From: an uncultured Syntrophobacterales bacterium
Lineage (GTDB): Bacteria > Desulfobacterota > Binatia > UBA9968 > JAJDTQ01
Length of the DNA stretch: 64,000 nucleotides
Direction: 5' to 3'
Assembly: GCA_964519455.1 (NCBI GenBank)
Contig: CAZFIU010000022.1
Location: forward strand, 461-64,460
The position numbers and the translations under genes were made by a program. Within the stretch, counting starts at the first letter, position 1; the number at the start of each line of letters is the position of its first letter. The notes under the pieces were generated by a model, which was given only the letters and a program-made list of their open reading frames with translations, made no database searches and was not told the DNA's origin. Of this stretch, positions 17,912 to 25,846 are shown piece by piece.

Positions 17912-18937
17912 CTACGGTTCCTGTTCGCCCCTCGGCCCGCCGAAGGCCGACAAGTGCTCCTTGAGAGTGCGGAACCCGGCTTCGTTCAGCCCCGTCGCGG
18001 CCTCGATCACATCCCAGGTCACCCCGACCCTCAGAAAGCCCTCAACTACCTCCACCTTGCCGCGTTGTGCGCCTTCCGCCAGCCCTTGGCCACGGCCTTC
18101 CTCACGTCCTTGGCTCCGGCCTTCCTCACGGCCTTGGCTCCGGCCTTCCGCTCTACCCTCTTCCAGGAGTTGTTGAGCATATGACATGATCTCGCCTCCC
18201 TGCTCGCGGCCACGGCGCCGCAACGCTTCGTTGAAAGCCAGCGCTCCCGCTTCATCCTGTGTCGCCATCACGTACACCATGAATAGACGAATATAGTTCA
18301 CCCCGCCACCTGAAAACAACGTCGCCAGCAACCTCGCCGCGGCGTCCATCGCCAGACCCACGTTCCGTCCATAGGCCGCCATCATCAACAACTGCGCGAT
18401 GCGCCCCTTGACCCCTCCCTCCACGCCGTCCGGACCGAGACTCGTCTGGTCCACCAGCACGTGCTCGAACCGAGGCACCCACGGCCATCCCCGAACCGCC
18501 GCAGGAAACAGGTCCGCGAACTCCGTCGAGTGCCCCCATCCGCGGCCTCCCTGGTAGAACACCACCGGCACGATGGGATGCAACCCCGGCCGCCCCGCCT
18601 CGTCCCGCAGCCCCGCATCCCAGATCCGGCAGCAATACTTGAGCAACCGGAACCGCATCCATGCGTCCGACGTCGATTGATGCTCGAACAGCAGGTACAG
18701 CCATATCCGCTCTGTGTCCTCCCCATACACCGCCTCGTACAGCAGGTCCGACTCGCTCTCCCGCAGGGCGTCGTCCAGGAACGTTCCCTCCAGCAGGTTC
18801 AGCGTCTCCCAATCCACCCTGTCCCGGAATCCGGCGGGCAAAGCCGCCCGCAACAGGCCGGCGGCTTCCGCCGCATCCGAAAACACCGCGCGGAACAGCC
18901 GGTCGTGGGGATGCTCTACTTCGTGGGCCATGGACAC
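17912..18937 (-). CDS. Rpn-family recombination-promoting nuclease / putative transposase (YhgA-like, PD-(D/E)XK)
   Basis: N-terminus HDRLFRAVFSD...LLYEAVYGEDTERIWLYLLFEHQS is characteristic of Rpn/Transposase_31 proteins. The C-terminus carries imperfect tandem 8-aa repeats (GRAEGRSQGREEGRSQGREEGRGQG). Confidence 0.8.
   Translation of the reverse strand: MSMAHEVEHPHDRLFRAVFSDAAEAAGLLRAALPAGFRDRVDWETLNLLEGTFLDDALRESESDLLYEAVYGEDTERIWLYLLFEHQSTSDAWMRFRLLKYCCRIWDAGLRDEAGRPGLHPIVPVVFYQGGRGWGHSTEFADLFPAAVRGWPWVPRFEHVLVDQTSLGPDGVEGGVKGRIAQLLMMAAYGRNVGLAMDAAARLLATLFSGGGVNYIRLFMVYVMATQDEAGALAFNEALRRRGREQGGEIMSYAQQLLEEGRAEGRSQGREEGRSQGREEGRGQGLAEGAQRGKVEVVEGFLRVGVTWDVIEAATGLNEAGFRTLKEHLSAFGGPRGEQEP
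18084..18155. repeat. Three 24-bp tandem repeats inside the Rpn-family gene (ccttggc(c/t)(a/c)cggccttcctcacg(t/g))
   Basis: Direct repeats are visible in the sequence and encode the octapeptide repeats of the protein. Confidence 0.8.
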
Positions 18938-19405
18938 ACCTCCCGGGTCTGGACAAAGACGGCGAGGATTGTTCGCCGCCTGTCCTATGATATTCGGCCC
19001 TTTCCGGTGAGACTTTAGGCCCAGGCTGGATTGTCTTTCCCCTTATCGACCAGTGCGTTCGATCAGGGGTTCAATTCGGCGACGGGTCCGAGTTGAAATG
19101 TCAAAGGGCGGCCTTGAGGTGCGCTCGTCCGGGGCACGCATTCTCGACCACGTGTTTGAGGTCCGCGATTCGGCACGGAGAGACTGTGGCTCTGAGCCCC
19201 GTCAACCCGATGGACTTCCTGTTCCTCGGGAGATGCTGCTCCGCCACCGCGAAGAAAAGCCATTGGCGGGGACCGCTGTGATTGGCATACCTATCGCGCC
19301 TCTCGTCATGCCATGCAAAAACACAGATATCCGCTGGCCGTCCCGGAGAGTCCACCCATCGACTCCCGTCCCCTCAATCGGGTTTGGAGACAAGCTTTCG
19401 CAGGA

Positions 19406-20020
19406 TCACGGATAGGTGAACGTCGGAGGAAGTACGTTGCCAAGGAATGGCCGTCCGAAGTTGTTGCGGATTGTCAAGGCGGATGTCGGATCACGGCGAA
19501 AACGTGAATCGCCAATCTCCCCCTTCACCTTGATGCCGACGTGCTGCTTGAGCGCCTCCTGCACCACTACCTCCACGTCCTCGATCCGCTGCCCCGGATG
19601 ACAGGTCACTTCCGCCCAGCAGAACCAAGTGCGGTCAAGCATTGCCTTGACCGTTTCCCGACTTGTCTTGTCACCCCGACCCTTGACCATGTCGATCGCG
19701 CTTGAGTTTAAGACTCCTACCGGATCCGCTAGGAAATCAACTACGTTCCTCGGGATAGAGAAACACACAGGGTTCTTAAACCAGGAAATCCGTTGCCCGT
19801 CGCTGTCTCGTTTGCCGGCCCCGTGCACATGTTCGTACCAGCGCCTGCCGATGTCGTCTGACTTACCAACGTAATAGCCCGCGTAGGCGTCGCCGGTGGT
19901 TGCCATCACAAAAATGTAGACACCAGTGCCAAGGTAGGGGCAATACCAGTTCGAATAGGGCTCGGGCTCGATCGCTCCCATCGGGACCGATTTCCAATGT
20001 AGATCATAGGTGCCGGACAT
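19406..20020 (-). CDS. GIY-YIG nuclease family protein
   Basis: Motifs GVYIFVMATTGDAYAGYYVGKSDDIGRRWYEH (GIY ... YVG ... R ... E). The internal start MSGTYDL is chosen; the ORF-track N-terminal extension overlaps the upstream gene and is low complexity. Confidence 0.7.
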   Translation of the reverse strand: MSGTYDLHWKSVPMGAIEPEPYSNWYCPYLGTGVYIFVMATTGDAYAGYYVGKSDDIGRRWYEHVHGAGKRDSDGQRISWFKNPVCFSIPRNVVDFLADPVGVLNSSAIDMVKGRGDKTSRETVKAMLDRTWFCWAEVTCHPGQRIEDVEVVVQEALKQHVGIKVKGEIGDSRFRRDPTSALTIRNNFGRPFLGNVLPPTFTYP

Positions 20021-20097
20021 GTTTATGTTCTCCTGTGCCGCGATCCGTAGTTGGTGGGCTTTACCCGGTTCTGGACCGGACACCCGATCTGCTGTAC

Positions 20098-21096
20098 TCA
20101 CCTGTGAGACGAGTAACCGCGATGGTGTGCGGCGAGCGAAGCGCACATTGCCGCAAGCCGCTGGCGAAGGCTGGGCGGCTCCAGGATTGTCACGCTTTCT
20201 CCCCATGTCACGAGATGCCAACAAATTTCTTCGACGCCTCCCGCCCTGAAACGCACCGTCAGCGAGTCGTCGCTGTTCTCAGTGATGGTCTGGCTTGGAT
20301 GGAATTGAAACGCCTTGGCGTCCTGCGCGGCGTCGGCATCGAAGTGGAGCACCACGTCGAAGGGTTCCTCCTGGAAAGTGCCAAATGAACGCTCGGCGTA
20401 CCGCCTCAAATCGAAAGCCGGGTCGCCTTCGAATGGCTCATCGGTGATCTGCGCCTCGCTGATGTTTCCGAGTCTCCAGAGCCTCGGCTTGTTTCCCTGA
20501 TCGGTTCGTCCCACCAGGAAAGCACGGTTGCCGTAAAGAACCCCATAGGGGCAAACCCGCTGGCGGTCCCGCCGCCCCGTTCCTCGTGAAGAATATCTGA
20601 TATAGATCTTACGGTACGTCGTCACGGCCTCTCGCACGAGCGAAAGCAGGCCCTCTTCGAAGCTCTCCCTAGGGCCGGCCCGCATCGCGAGGCCTTCCGC
20701 CTCCATGAGAGCCTCAAGCGCAGCGTCGAACTCTTCGGAAGAGTGTTGGTGCGACGCAGCCCGCAGTTTGACCACAAGACCGCTCACGCGCTCTGCGAGG
20801 TCGGCACGACCTAGACTGCCAGCCACCGCTTCAAGGTCCGCAAGGTCCTCAGGTGTGATGGAGATAAACGGGTTCAGGGCGCGCGACCGAAGCCGCCAAT
20901 GAATCCGACGGTCGCCACTGTCCGTGTCCACAACCTCCAGCGGCCCAAATGCTGCCTCGACGGCATCACGCATTCGCTCCGCCGTACGTCGACTTACGGA
21001 GAACTCGCCCTGGATGTCGGCGATGGTTACGCCGCGGTGGCTTCCTTGGAGGTAGATGGCAAGGCAAACAAGCTCTACGAGGCGTTCGTGACGCAT
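20098..21096 (-). CDS. WYL-domain transcriptional regulator (HTH - WYL - WCX; YafY/BrxR/CapW-like)
   Basis: N-terminal HTH (LVELVCLAIYLQGSHRGVTIADIQGEFSVSRRTAERMRD), a central WYL-like segment (IYIRYSSRGTGRRDRQRVCPYGVLYGNRAFLVG) and a C-terminal extension. Confidence 0.85.
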   Translation of the reverse strand: MRHERLVELVCLAIYLQGSHRGVTIADIQGEFSVSRRTAERMRDAVEAAFGPLEVVDTDSGDRRIHWRLRSRALNPFISITPEDLADLEAVAGSLGRADLAERVSGLVVKLRAASHQHSSEEFDAALEALMEAEGLAMRAGPRESFEEGLLSLVREAVTTYRKIYIRYSSRGTGRRDRQRVCPYGVLYGNRAFLVGRTDQGNKPRLWRLGNISEAQITDEPFEGDPAFDLRRYAERSFGTFQEEPFDVVLHFDADAAQDAKAFQFHPSQTITENSDDSLTVRFRAGGVEEICWHLVTWGESVTILEPPSLRQRLAAMCASLAAHHRGYSSHR

Positions 21097-21122
21097 TCAT
21101 TCTCGGGGCGGAGGGGGGATTG

Positions 21123-21731
21123 TCACCAACGGTGGAGCCCGCCCCACCCGTGTTTATCAATCTTCCCGTAACGCCAAGCAGGAATACCTTTGGGGCCAGC
21201 GCTGCCGATCAGGAAGAGATACTCCGCATTGCTTGCTTCTCCGCATTGGTTGTTAACTGCAACGTGCATACGACATAGGATGTCGAGTTTCCGTTCGAGC
21301 CACATCCTCCTCGCTTCGATGTTCAACTGGTCTTCGGGGTAATCGTAAAAGACCAACACCTTCAAGGGAGAACGGAACATCAATAGCTTCCACATCTCCG
21401 TTTCCACATCTGCCCCATTCTCGTGCTCAACTAGTACGTGCATACCATCTGGATACACTCCTCCACCGCCAGGACGGAAAGTAGCCGTGTCTTCGTCATA
21501 GAAGACGGTATCCAGCGTGTACCATTCCCTCCCCATCGTCAGAGTTCGCCCGGCAACAGGAGGTAGCCTTACCGACAATCGTTCCAGGAAAGAACCGTTC
21601 CCTGCCAGCATGTATCGCGTCCATTCGCGGTCGGTCTGGTAAGCTTGTCGAATGTCGTCTTCCCGCTGCAAAACGTCGTCTTCCCACTGTTGGCAAAATG
21701 CAATGCAGAACTCTTCGGCAGTAGGCATCAA
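21123..21731 (-). CDS. Hypothetical protein (no confident family; possible nuclease-like core VLVEHEN...E.EMWK)
   Basis: 202-aa ORF tightly packed between the AAA gene and the WYL gene, with no recognisable domain. Confidence 0.55.
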   Translation of the reverse strand: MMPTAEEFCIAFCQQWEDDVLQREDDIRQAYQTDREWTRYMLAGNGSFLERLSVRLPPVAGRTLTMGREWYTLDTVFYDEDTATFRPGGGGVYPDGMHVLVEHENGADVETEMWKLLMFRSPLKVLVFYDYPEDQLNIEARRMWLERKLDILCRMHVAVNNQCGEASNAEYLFLIGSAGPKGIPAWRYGKIDKHGWGGLHRW

Positions 21732-21780
21732 CTAAGTCCTCCGTCGTCAATCCGTGAAGATGAAACAGTTGGTAGCACAT

Positions 21781-23868
21781 CTACACGGCAAAACCTATTC
21801 TCTGCGGGTAGGCTGACTTGGCTTCACATTCCTCCCGCAACATTTCCACCACGGCTTTCGGGCGTCTGCGGGAGCCCAGAATCTCCGCCTTTCGGCGCAC
21901 GAGGGCAAAGTCACCCAGTGTCAGGGTGTGAAAACTCGCAATGTCCTCCGGAGGCTCCATCCCCAAGTAAACACGGAAAGCCGCCCTGGCCTGCTCGGAC
22001 GACAGGTAGTCAAGCGCAATCTTGAAGGTGAATCGCCGCAAAGTCGCCGGGTCGAGACGCGCTCCGAAGTTGGTCGTGCAAGCAACCGGGAAGGGATGGC
22101 TCTCCATCCAAGTCAGCATCTCGTTGACTTGGCTCACCTCCCAGTGCCATTCGGCGAGGCGCCGGTCGGCCAGCAGTGAATCGGCTTCGTCGAAGACGAG
22201 GAACGCCTCGGCGTCGCGGGCCTCGGCAAAGGCTTTGGCGATGTTCGTCTCCGTTCCACCGACCCACATCGACATCAGGTCGGATGCACGCTTCTGCACG
22301 ACTTCGAGGCCGAGCCGGCCGGCGAGATACCGGACATATGCGCTCTTTCCCGTGCCCGACGGCCCTTGAAGACACAGCGAGAAGCTCCGAGCACCGCTGG
22401 CAACGAGGCAGTCTGCGAGTTGCACCGGGTCCATGTCGGCGCGGATCAGTGCTGGATCGTACTTGTCTGGTGTCCGTTGACTTGTCGGAGTATCGCCTGA
22501 CAGCACCCGAGCGAGTCCGCGCACGCCGCGATGCACGTCGGCCACGGTCCGGCCACCCATTCCCGCGGCCGCGGTGACGCCGGAAGCCACTCCCGGCGTT
22601 ACGTCAAATTCTCGTGCGAGGGCGCGGGCATCTTCCGGGTCCGCCTTGATGCCGTGGTGCGTCAACTGTCGCACCCAGATGCGTTCCCGTACCTTGGGAG
22701 GCGGTTGACGCAGTTCCAGGGCGAACATCATGCGGCGCAAGATGACGGGACTGGTGGAACGGGCGGCGTTCGATGTCCACAGGATTGGCACCGGCGTCTG
22801 CTCCAGTAGCCTATTCATGAACACTTTCGAGCCTTCAGCCGAACGCTCGGGGACACGGCGCGGCCCCAACCATGCCGCAAGGACCTCCCCCTGTCTGGAG
22901 AGCAAATCCTCCATCTCGTCGAAGAGCAGGATCGAGCGCCGGTCTCCGGCCAGCAAGCCTTGAGCGAGCCGGAGATCCTGTATCCGCTCGCGACGGGAAG
23001 GTTCGTCGCCCGTGGCATCCGATTCTCCCACGACGTAGAGCGGAGCTGCCAGCCGCGAGGCCAAGGTCCGGCAGAACTCCGTCTTGCCCGTGCCGGGCGG
23101 CCCATAGATGAGCACATTGACACCCTTCTGGCCGCTCCGTAACGCTCCGCTCAAGATCCGTGCGAGATGGTCCCGATCGCCGGCGACATGGTCGAAATCG
23201 GACCAGAGCAGCTCGCCAGGGCCGGCCTCGTCAAGTAACAGGCGCTGCACGTTGGCGTCATGCTCGTTCGGAACCCAGTGCAATCGAGTCAACCGGTCGA
23301 TAGTCGCCAAGTCGCCATCGTTGTCGATGGATACCAACCCCGATGTTATGAGGGGCGCGTCGGGAGCCAAGCGGCGATGGACCGTGCCGGCCGACAGACC
23401 GAGCAAGCGTGGGAAAAGCGGGTTGTTCATTCCGAAGCCGTTTCCCCTCCAGTACGGACTCTCGCAAATCGCGTCGACCATCAACGCCACAGGTGATCCG
23501 GTACGGTGTCGCAGCAATAACTCCAGGATCGCGGTATCGGTCCGGGAAAGACGCGTAGCCTTTGCGAGACGACGGAGGCGCCTCGCGGTCCGATCCGGGC
23601 GTACGTGTTGAGCCGCAAGCAAGGCGCCTTTGGAAGCCTCTCCCACGCGCTGCCACACCCGCGCCGGGAGATCGTAGTCTCGCAACCCTCGTTCCAATGC
23701 AACTTGGGCTTCATCGTCCTCTCGCAGCAAGTACGGAAGACCCAGTTGGTCCTCATTCTCTCCTAGCCACAGCACCAGGTCCTTGGCCTGCTGGTCGCGG
23801 CACTGGAGGTGCGGAACGACGTTCGACAGGTAGAAGAGGATGAGACGGCGTTCGTATGCAGACAGCAT
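21781..23868 (-). CDS. Tandem classic-AAA+ ATPase (N-terminal roughly 240-aa unknown domain followed by two AAA modules)
   Basis: First module: Walker A VLIYGPPGTGKTE, Walker B ILLFDEMEDLL, sensor-1 TSN. Second module: Walker A LQGPSGTGKSA, SMWVGGTETNIAKAF, Walker B FLVFDEADSLL, sensor-1 CTTN and the arginine-finger region LDPATLRRFTF. The true start MLSAYERRL is at 23866-23868, preceded by a G-rich RBS. The ORF-track extension to 25083 is an antisense artefact over the LLM gene. Confidence 0.8.
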   Translation of the reverse strand: MLSAYERRLILFYLSNVVPHLQCRDQQAKDLVLWLGENEDQLGLPYLLREDDEAQVALERGLRDYDLPARVWQRVGEASKGALLAAQHVRPDRTARRLRRLAKATRLSRTDTAILELLLRHRTGSPVALMVDAICESPYWRGNGFGMNNPLFPRLLGLSAGTVHRRLAPDAPLITSGLVSIDNDGDLATIDRLTRLHWVPNEHDANVQRLLLDEAGPGELLWSDFDHVAGDRDHLARILSGALRSGQKGVNVLIYGPPGTGKTEFCRTLASRLAAPLYVVGESDATGDEPSRRERIQDLRLAQGLLAGDRRSILLFDEMEDLLSRQGEVLAAWLGPRRVPERSAEGSKVFMNRLLEQTPVPILWTSNAARSTSPVILRRMMFALELRQPPPKVRERIWVRQLTHHGIKADPEDARALAREFDVTPGVASGVTAAAGMGGRTVADVHRGVRGLARVLSGDTPTSQRTPDKYDPALIRADMDPVQLADCLVASGARSFSLCLQGPSGTGKSAYVRYLAGRLGLEVVQKRASDLMSMWVGGTETNIAKAFAEARDAEAFLVFDEADSLLADRRLAEWHWEVSQVNEMLTWMESHPFPVACTTNFGARLDPATLRRFTFKIALDYLSSEQARAAFRVYLGMEPPEDIASFHTLTLGDFALVRRKAEILGSRRRPKAVVEMLREECEAKSAYPQRIGFAV

Positions 23869-23984
23869 GACAACCCCCCATTTGTGACGTCCATGGGGGA
23901 CCGTAGCGTGAATGTGCGTCAGTTTCGGACGTACCCGGCTGTCCTCGACGCAGATTTTTCTGGAAGTGGCGAGAGGCGCGGTCC

Positions 23985-24992
23985 TTACACCCGCGGCAGC
24001 ACCGCCGAACCGAACAGTTCCATCGCTGCGAGGATGTCCTTCTGCTCCAGCCCCGGCGTCCAGTCGAAGCGCAGCAGCAGCAAATCCGGCTTGAGCGACT
24101 CCTCGTAGGAGCGGATCTCTTCGATGCAGTCCTCGGGGGAGCCGAGGATGAAGCGGTGGCGGGCGAGGCGGTCGAAGTCCCAGGTTAGCTCGTCGGGGTT
24201 GGTCATGGCCTCGTCCTGGCCCCACTTGACGTAGACGTCGCGGTAGAGCTTGTCGAGGCAGGGGCGGGCCTTGGCCACGGCCTCGTCGCGGGTGGGGGCG
24301 ACGAAGCATTCCCGGACCATGACCAGGGCGCCGGCGCCTGGCTTGCCGGTGTCGGCCCATGCTTGGCGGAAAAGCGTAGTCTGTTCCTTCAACTCCTCGA
24401 TGGCTGAATGGGGTCCCACGAGCCAGCCGTCGCCGATGCGGGCGGCGCGCTTGACGCCCGTGTCGCCGTTGGCGGCGATCCAGACGGGCGGGCGCGGCTT
24501 CTGCAGCGGGCGCGGGGCGATGGTGACGTCCTTCAGTTCGAAGGCGTTGCCTGAGAACGAGACGTGTTCCTCGGTCCAGAGACGCTGGACGATTTCGACA
24601 CCTTCCACGAAACGGTCGAAGCGTTGCTTCTTTGTGAGGTTGAACGCGTCCAACTCCTGCTGCCGGTAACCCAGGCCGAAGGAAAAGACGGCGCGGCCCT
24701 CGTTCATGACGTCGATGGTGGCCAGCTCCTTGGCGATGACCACGGGGTCGTGGAGGCCGAGGAGCGTGGCGGCGGTGCCGACGCTGGCCCGCTTGGCCTC
24801 GGCGCAGAGCCGGCCCAGGAGCGGCACTTGGTGCAGCCGCTGAAAGCCGGGGATGTTGTAATGCTGGCCCATGGTGATGGCCTCGAACCCGGCTTCGTCG
24901 GCCACCCGGGTCTGTTCCGCCAGCGTGGGCAGGAGGGTCTCGGGGGGCTTCTCGATGGAAACCTGGGGATTGAGTTGGATACCGAATCTCAT
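23985..24992 (-). CDS. LLM-class (luciferase-like) flavin-dependent oxidoreductase
   Basis: 335 aa of TIM-barrel LLM family (MRFGIQLNPQ..., ...FSFGLGYRQQELDAFNL...). Confidence 0.9.
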   Translation of the reverse strand: MRFGIQLNPQVSIEKPPETLLPTLAEQTRVADEAGFEAITMGQHYNIPGFQRLHQVPLLGRLCAEAKRASVGTAATLLGLHDPVVIAKELATIDVMNEGRAVFSFGLGYRQQELDAFNLTKKQRFDRFVEGVEIVQRLWTEEHVSFSGNAFELKDVTIAPRPLQKPRPPVWIAANGDTGVKRAARIGDGWLVGPHSAIEELKEQTTLFRQAWADTGKPGAGALVMVRECFVAPTRDEAVAKARPCLDKLYRDVYVKWGQDEAMTNPDELTWDFDRLARHRFILGSPEDCIEEIRSYEESLKPDLLLLRFDWTPGLEQKDILAAMELFGSAVLPRV

Positions 24993-25167
24993 GGTGAACT
25001 CCTGTGGCGGCCGCGGGGGGAAGGTCCTCGTTCCAGGACATTGGCGTCAGGACATCCCGCCCAATTCCCGCGGCATGCCTCAAGGCGCATTGTCAGCCGC
25101 AAGTTCGAGACGTGAACGAACGGGGATCGGCGTAATCCGCCGTCTCCGCGACTTGCAGGCGGCGACT

Positions 25168-25482
25168 TCACGCTCGCCTCGTACCGGACAACCGCTCCGC
25201 GGTAGTCCGCTCCCGGCGCGCTTGCGCCAACTCATAGCTCGCCTGCATTCGCATCCAATGCTCCGCCGTGCCCCAACCTATTTCCTCCAGCGCCAGCGCC
25301 ATGTTCGCGGACACGCCCGCCTTGCCGTTGAGCAGGCGCGAGAGCGTCCCGCGTTCACAGCCCAGGCGGGCCGCCGTCTCAGTAACATTCCAGCCGGTTT
25401 CTTCCATGCTCTCGCGGATCAGGTCGCCCAAATGCGGCGGGTTCAGCATGGCGCCTACACGTTCGGCCTGGTGGTCGCTCAT
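25168..25482 (-). CDS. higA: HigA-family antitoxin (XRE-type HTH)
   Basis: 104 aa with HTH TETAARLGCERGTLSRLLNGKAGVS. It follows the toxin gene on the same strand, which is the characteristic Hig order (toxin first). Confidence 0.8.
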   Translation of the reverse strand: MSDHQAERVGAMLNPPHLGDLIRESMEETGWNVTETAARLGCERGTLSRLLNGKAGVSANMALALEEIGWGTAEHWMRMQASYELAQARRERTTAERLSGTRRA

Positions 25483-25501
25483 CGTCCTTGCTCCCTTCCT
25501 G

Positions 25502-25774
25502 TCAGTGATAGTCGACGAGGTCCAGGTCTACGACTTCGCCGTCCACGAACCTGCAGACGACGCGCCAGTTACCGGATACGCGAACACTCCACTGACCCGC
25601 CCTGTCTCCCTTCAAAGGATGTAACCGAAAACCGGGTGCGTCAGCGCTGCGTGGGTGCGTCGCCTCTTGCAGCCGGAACAGGATGCGCCGAAGTCGTGGC
25701 ACCAGACTGGCGGGGAGCTGAGCCGGGTCGTCCCGCTCGTGCAGTGCCCGCAAGCCCTTGTGCCGGATCTTCAT
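25502..25774 (-). CDS. higB: HigB-like RelE/ParE-superfamily toxin
   Basis: 90 aa (MKIRHKGLRALHERDD...HPLKGDRAGQWSVRVSGNWRVVCRFVDGEVVDLDLVDYH), the typical plasmid-killer HigB signature. Confidence 0.8.
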   Translation of the reverse strand: MKIRHKGLRALHERDDPAQLPASLVPRLRRILFRLQEATHPRSADAPGFRLHPLKGDRAGQWSVRVSGNWRVVCRFVDGEVVDLDLVDYH

Positions 25775-25846
25775 CTACCGACTGTAGCGCGGCGCGTTAC
25801 GCGCCGCAAGGAATTCGCCTTGGACTCAACGCTTGATTCCCGTTCT

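Larger units (their letters stand above)
18940..23900. other. Lower-GC genomic island (by eye about 55-61% GC against a high-GC background) carrying the GIY-YIG / WYL / unknown / tandem-AAA cluster
   Basis: AT-richer composition is visible relative to both flanks. All four genes lie on the minus strand with short gaps, and the island sits beside an Rpn-family recombination nuclease. Confidence 0.5.

Noticed and set aside
19053-19415. Small ORFs (19053..19415 +, 19101..19355 -) in the 470-bp AT-richer gap at the left edge of the island
   Set aside because: They have no motifs and mutually overlap on opposite strands. The region is more likely regulatory or non-coding, and it holds the probable left border of the island.
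23869-25083. N-terminal 400-aa extension of the 1100-aa ORF-track entry 21781..25083
   Set aside because: The extension is Arg/Pro-rich nonsense running antisense through the LLM gene 23985..24992. A good RBS and the ATG MLSAYERRL at 23866-23868 define the real start.
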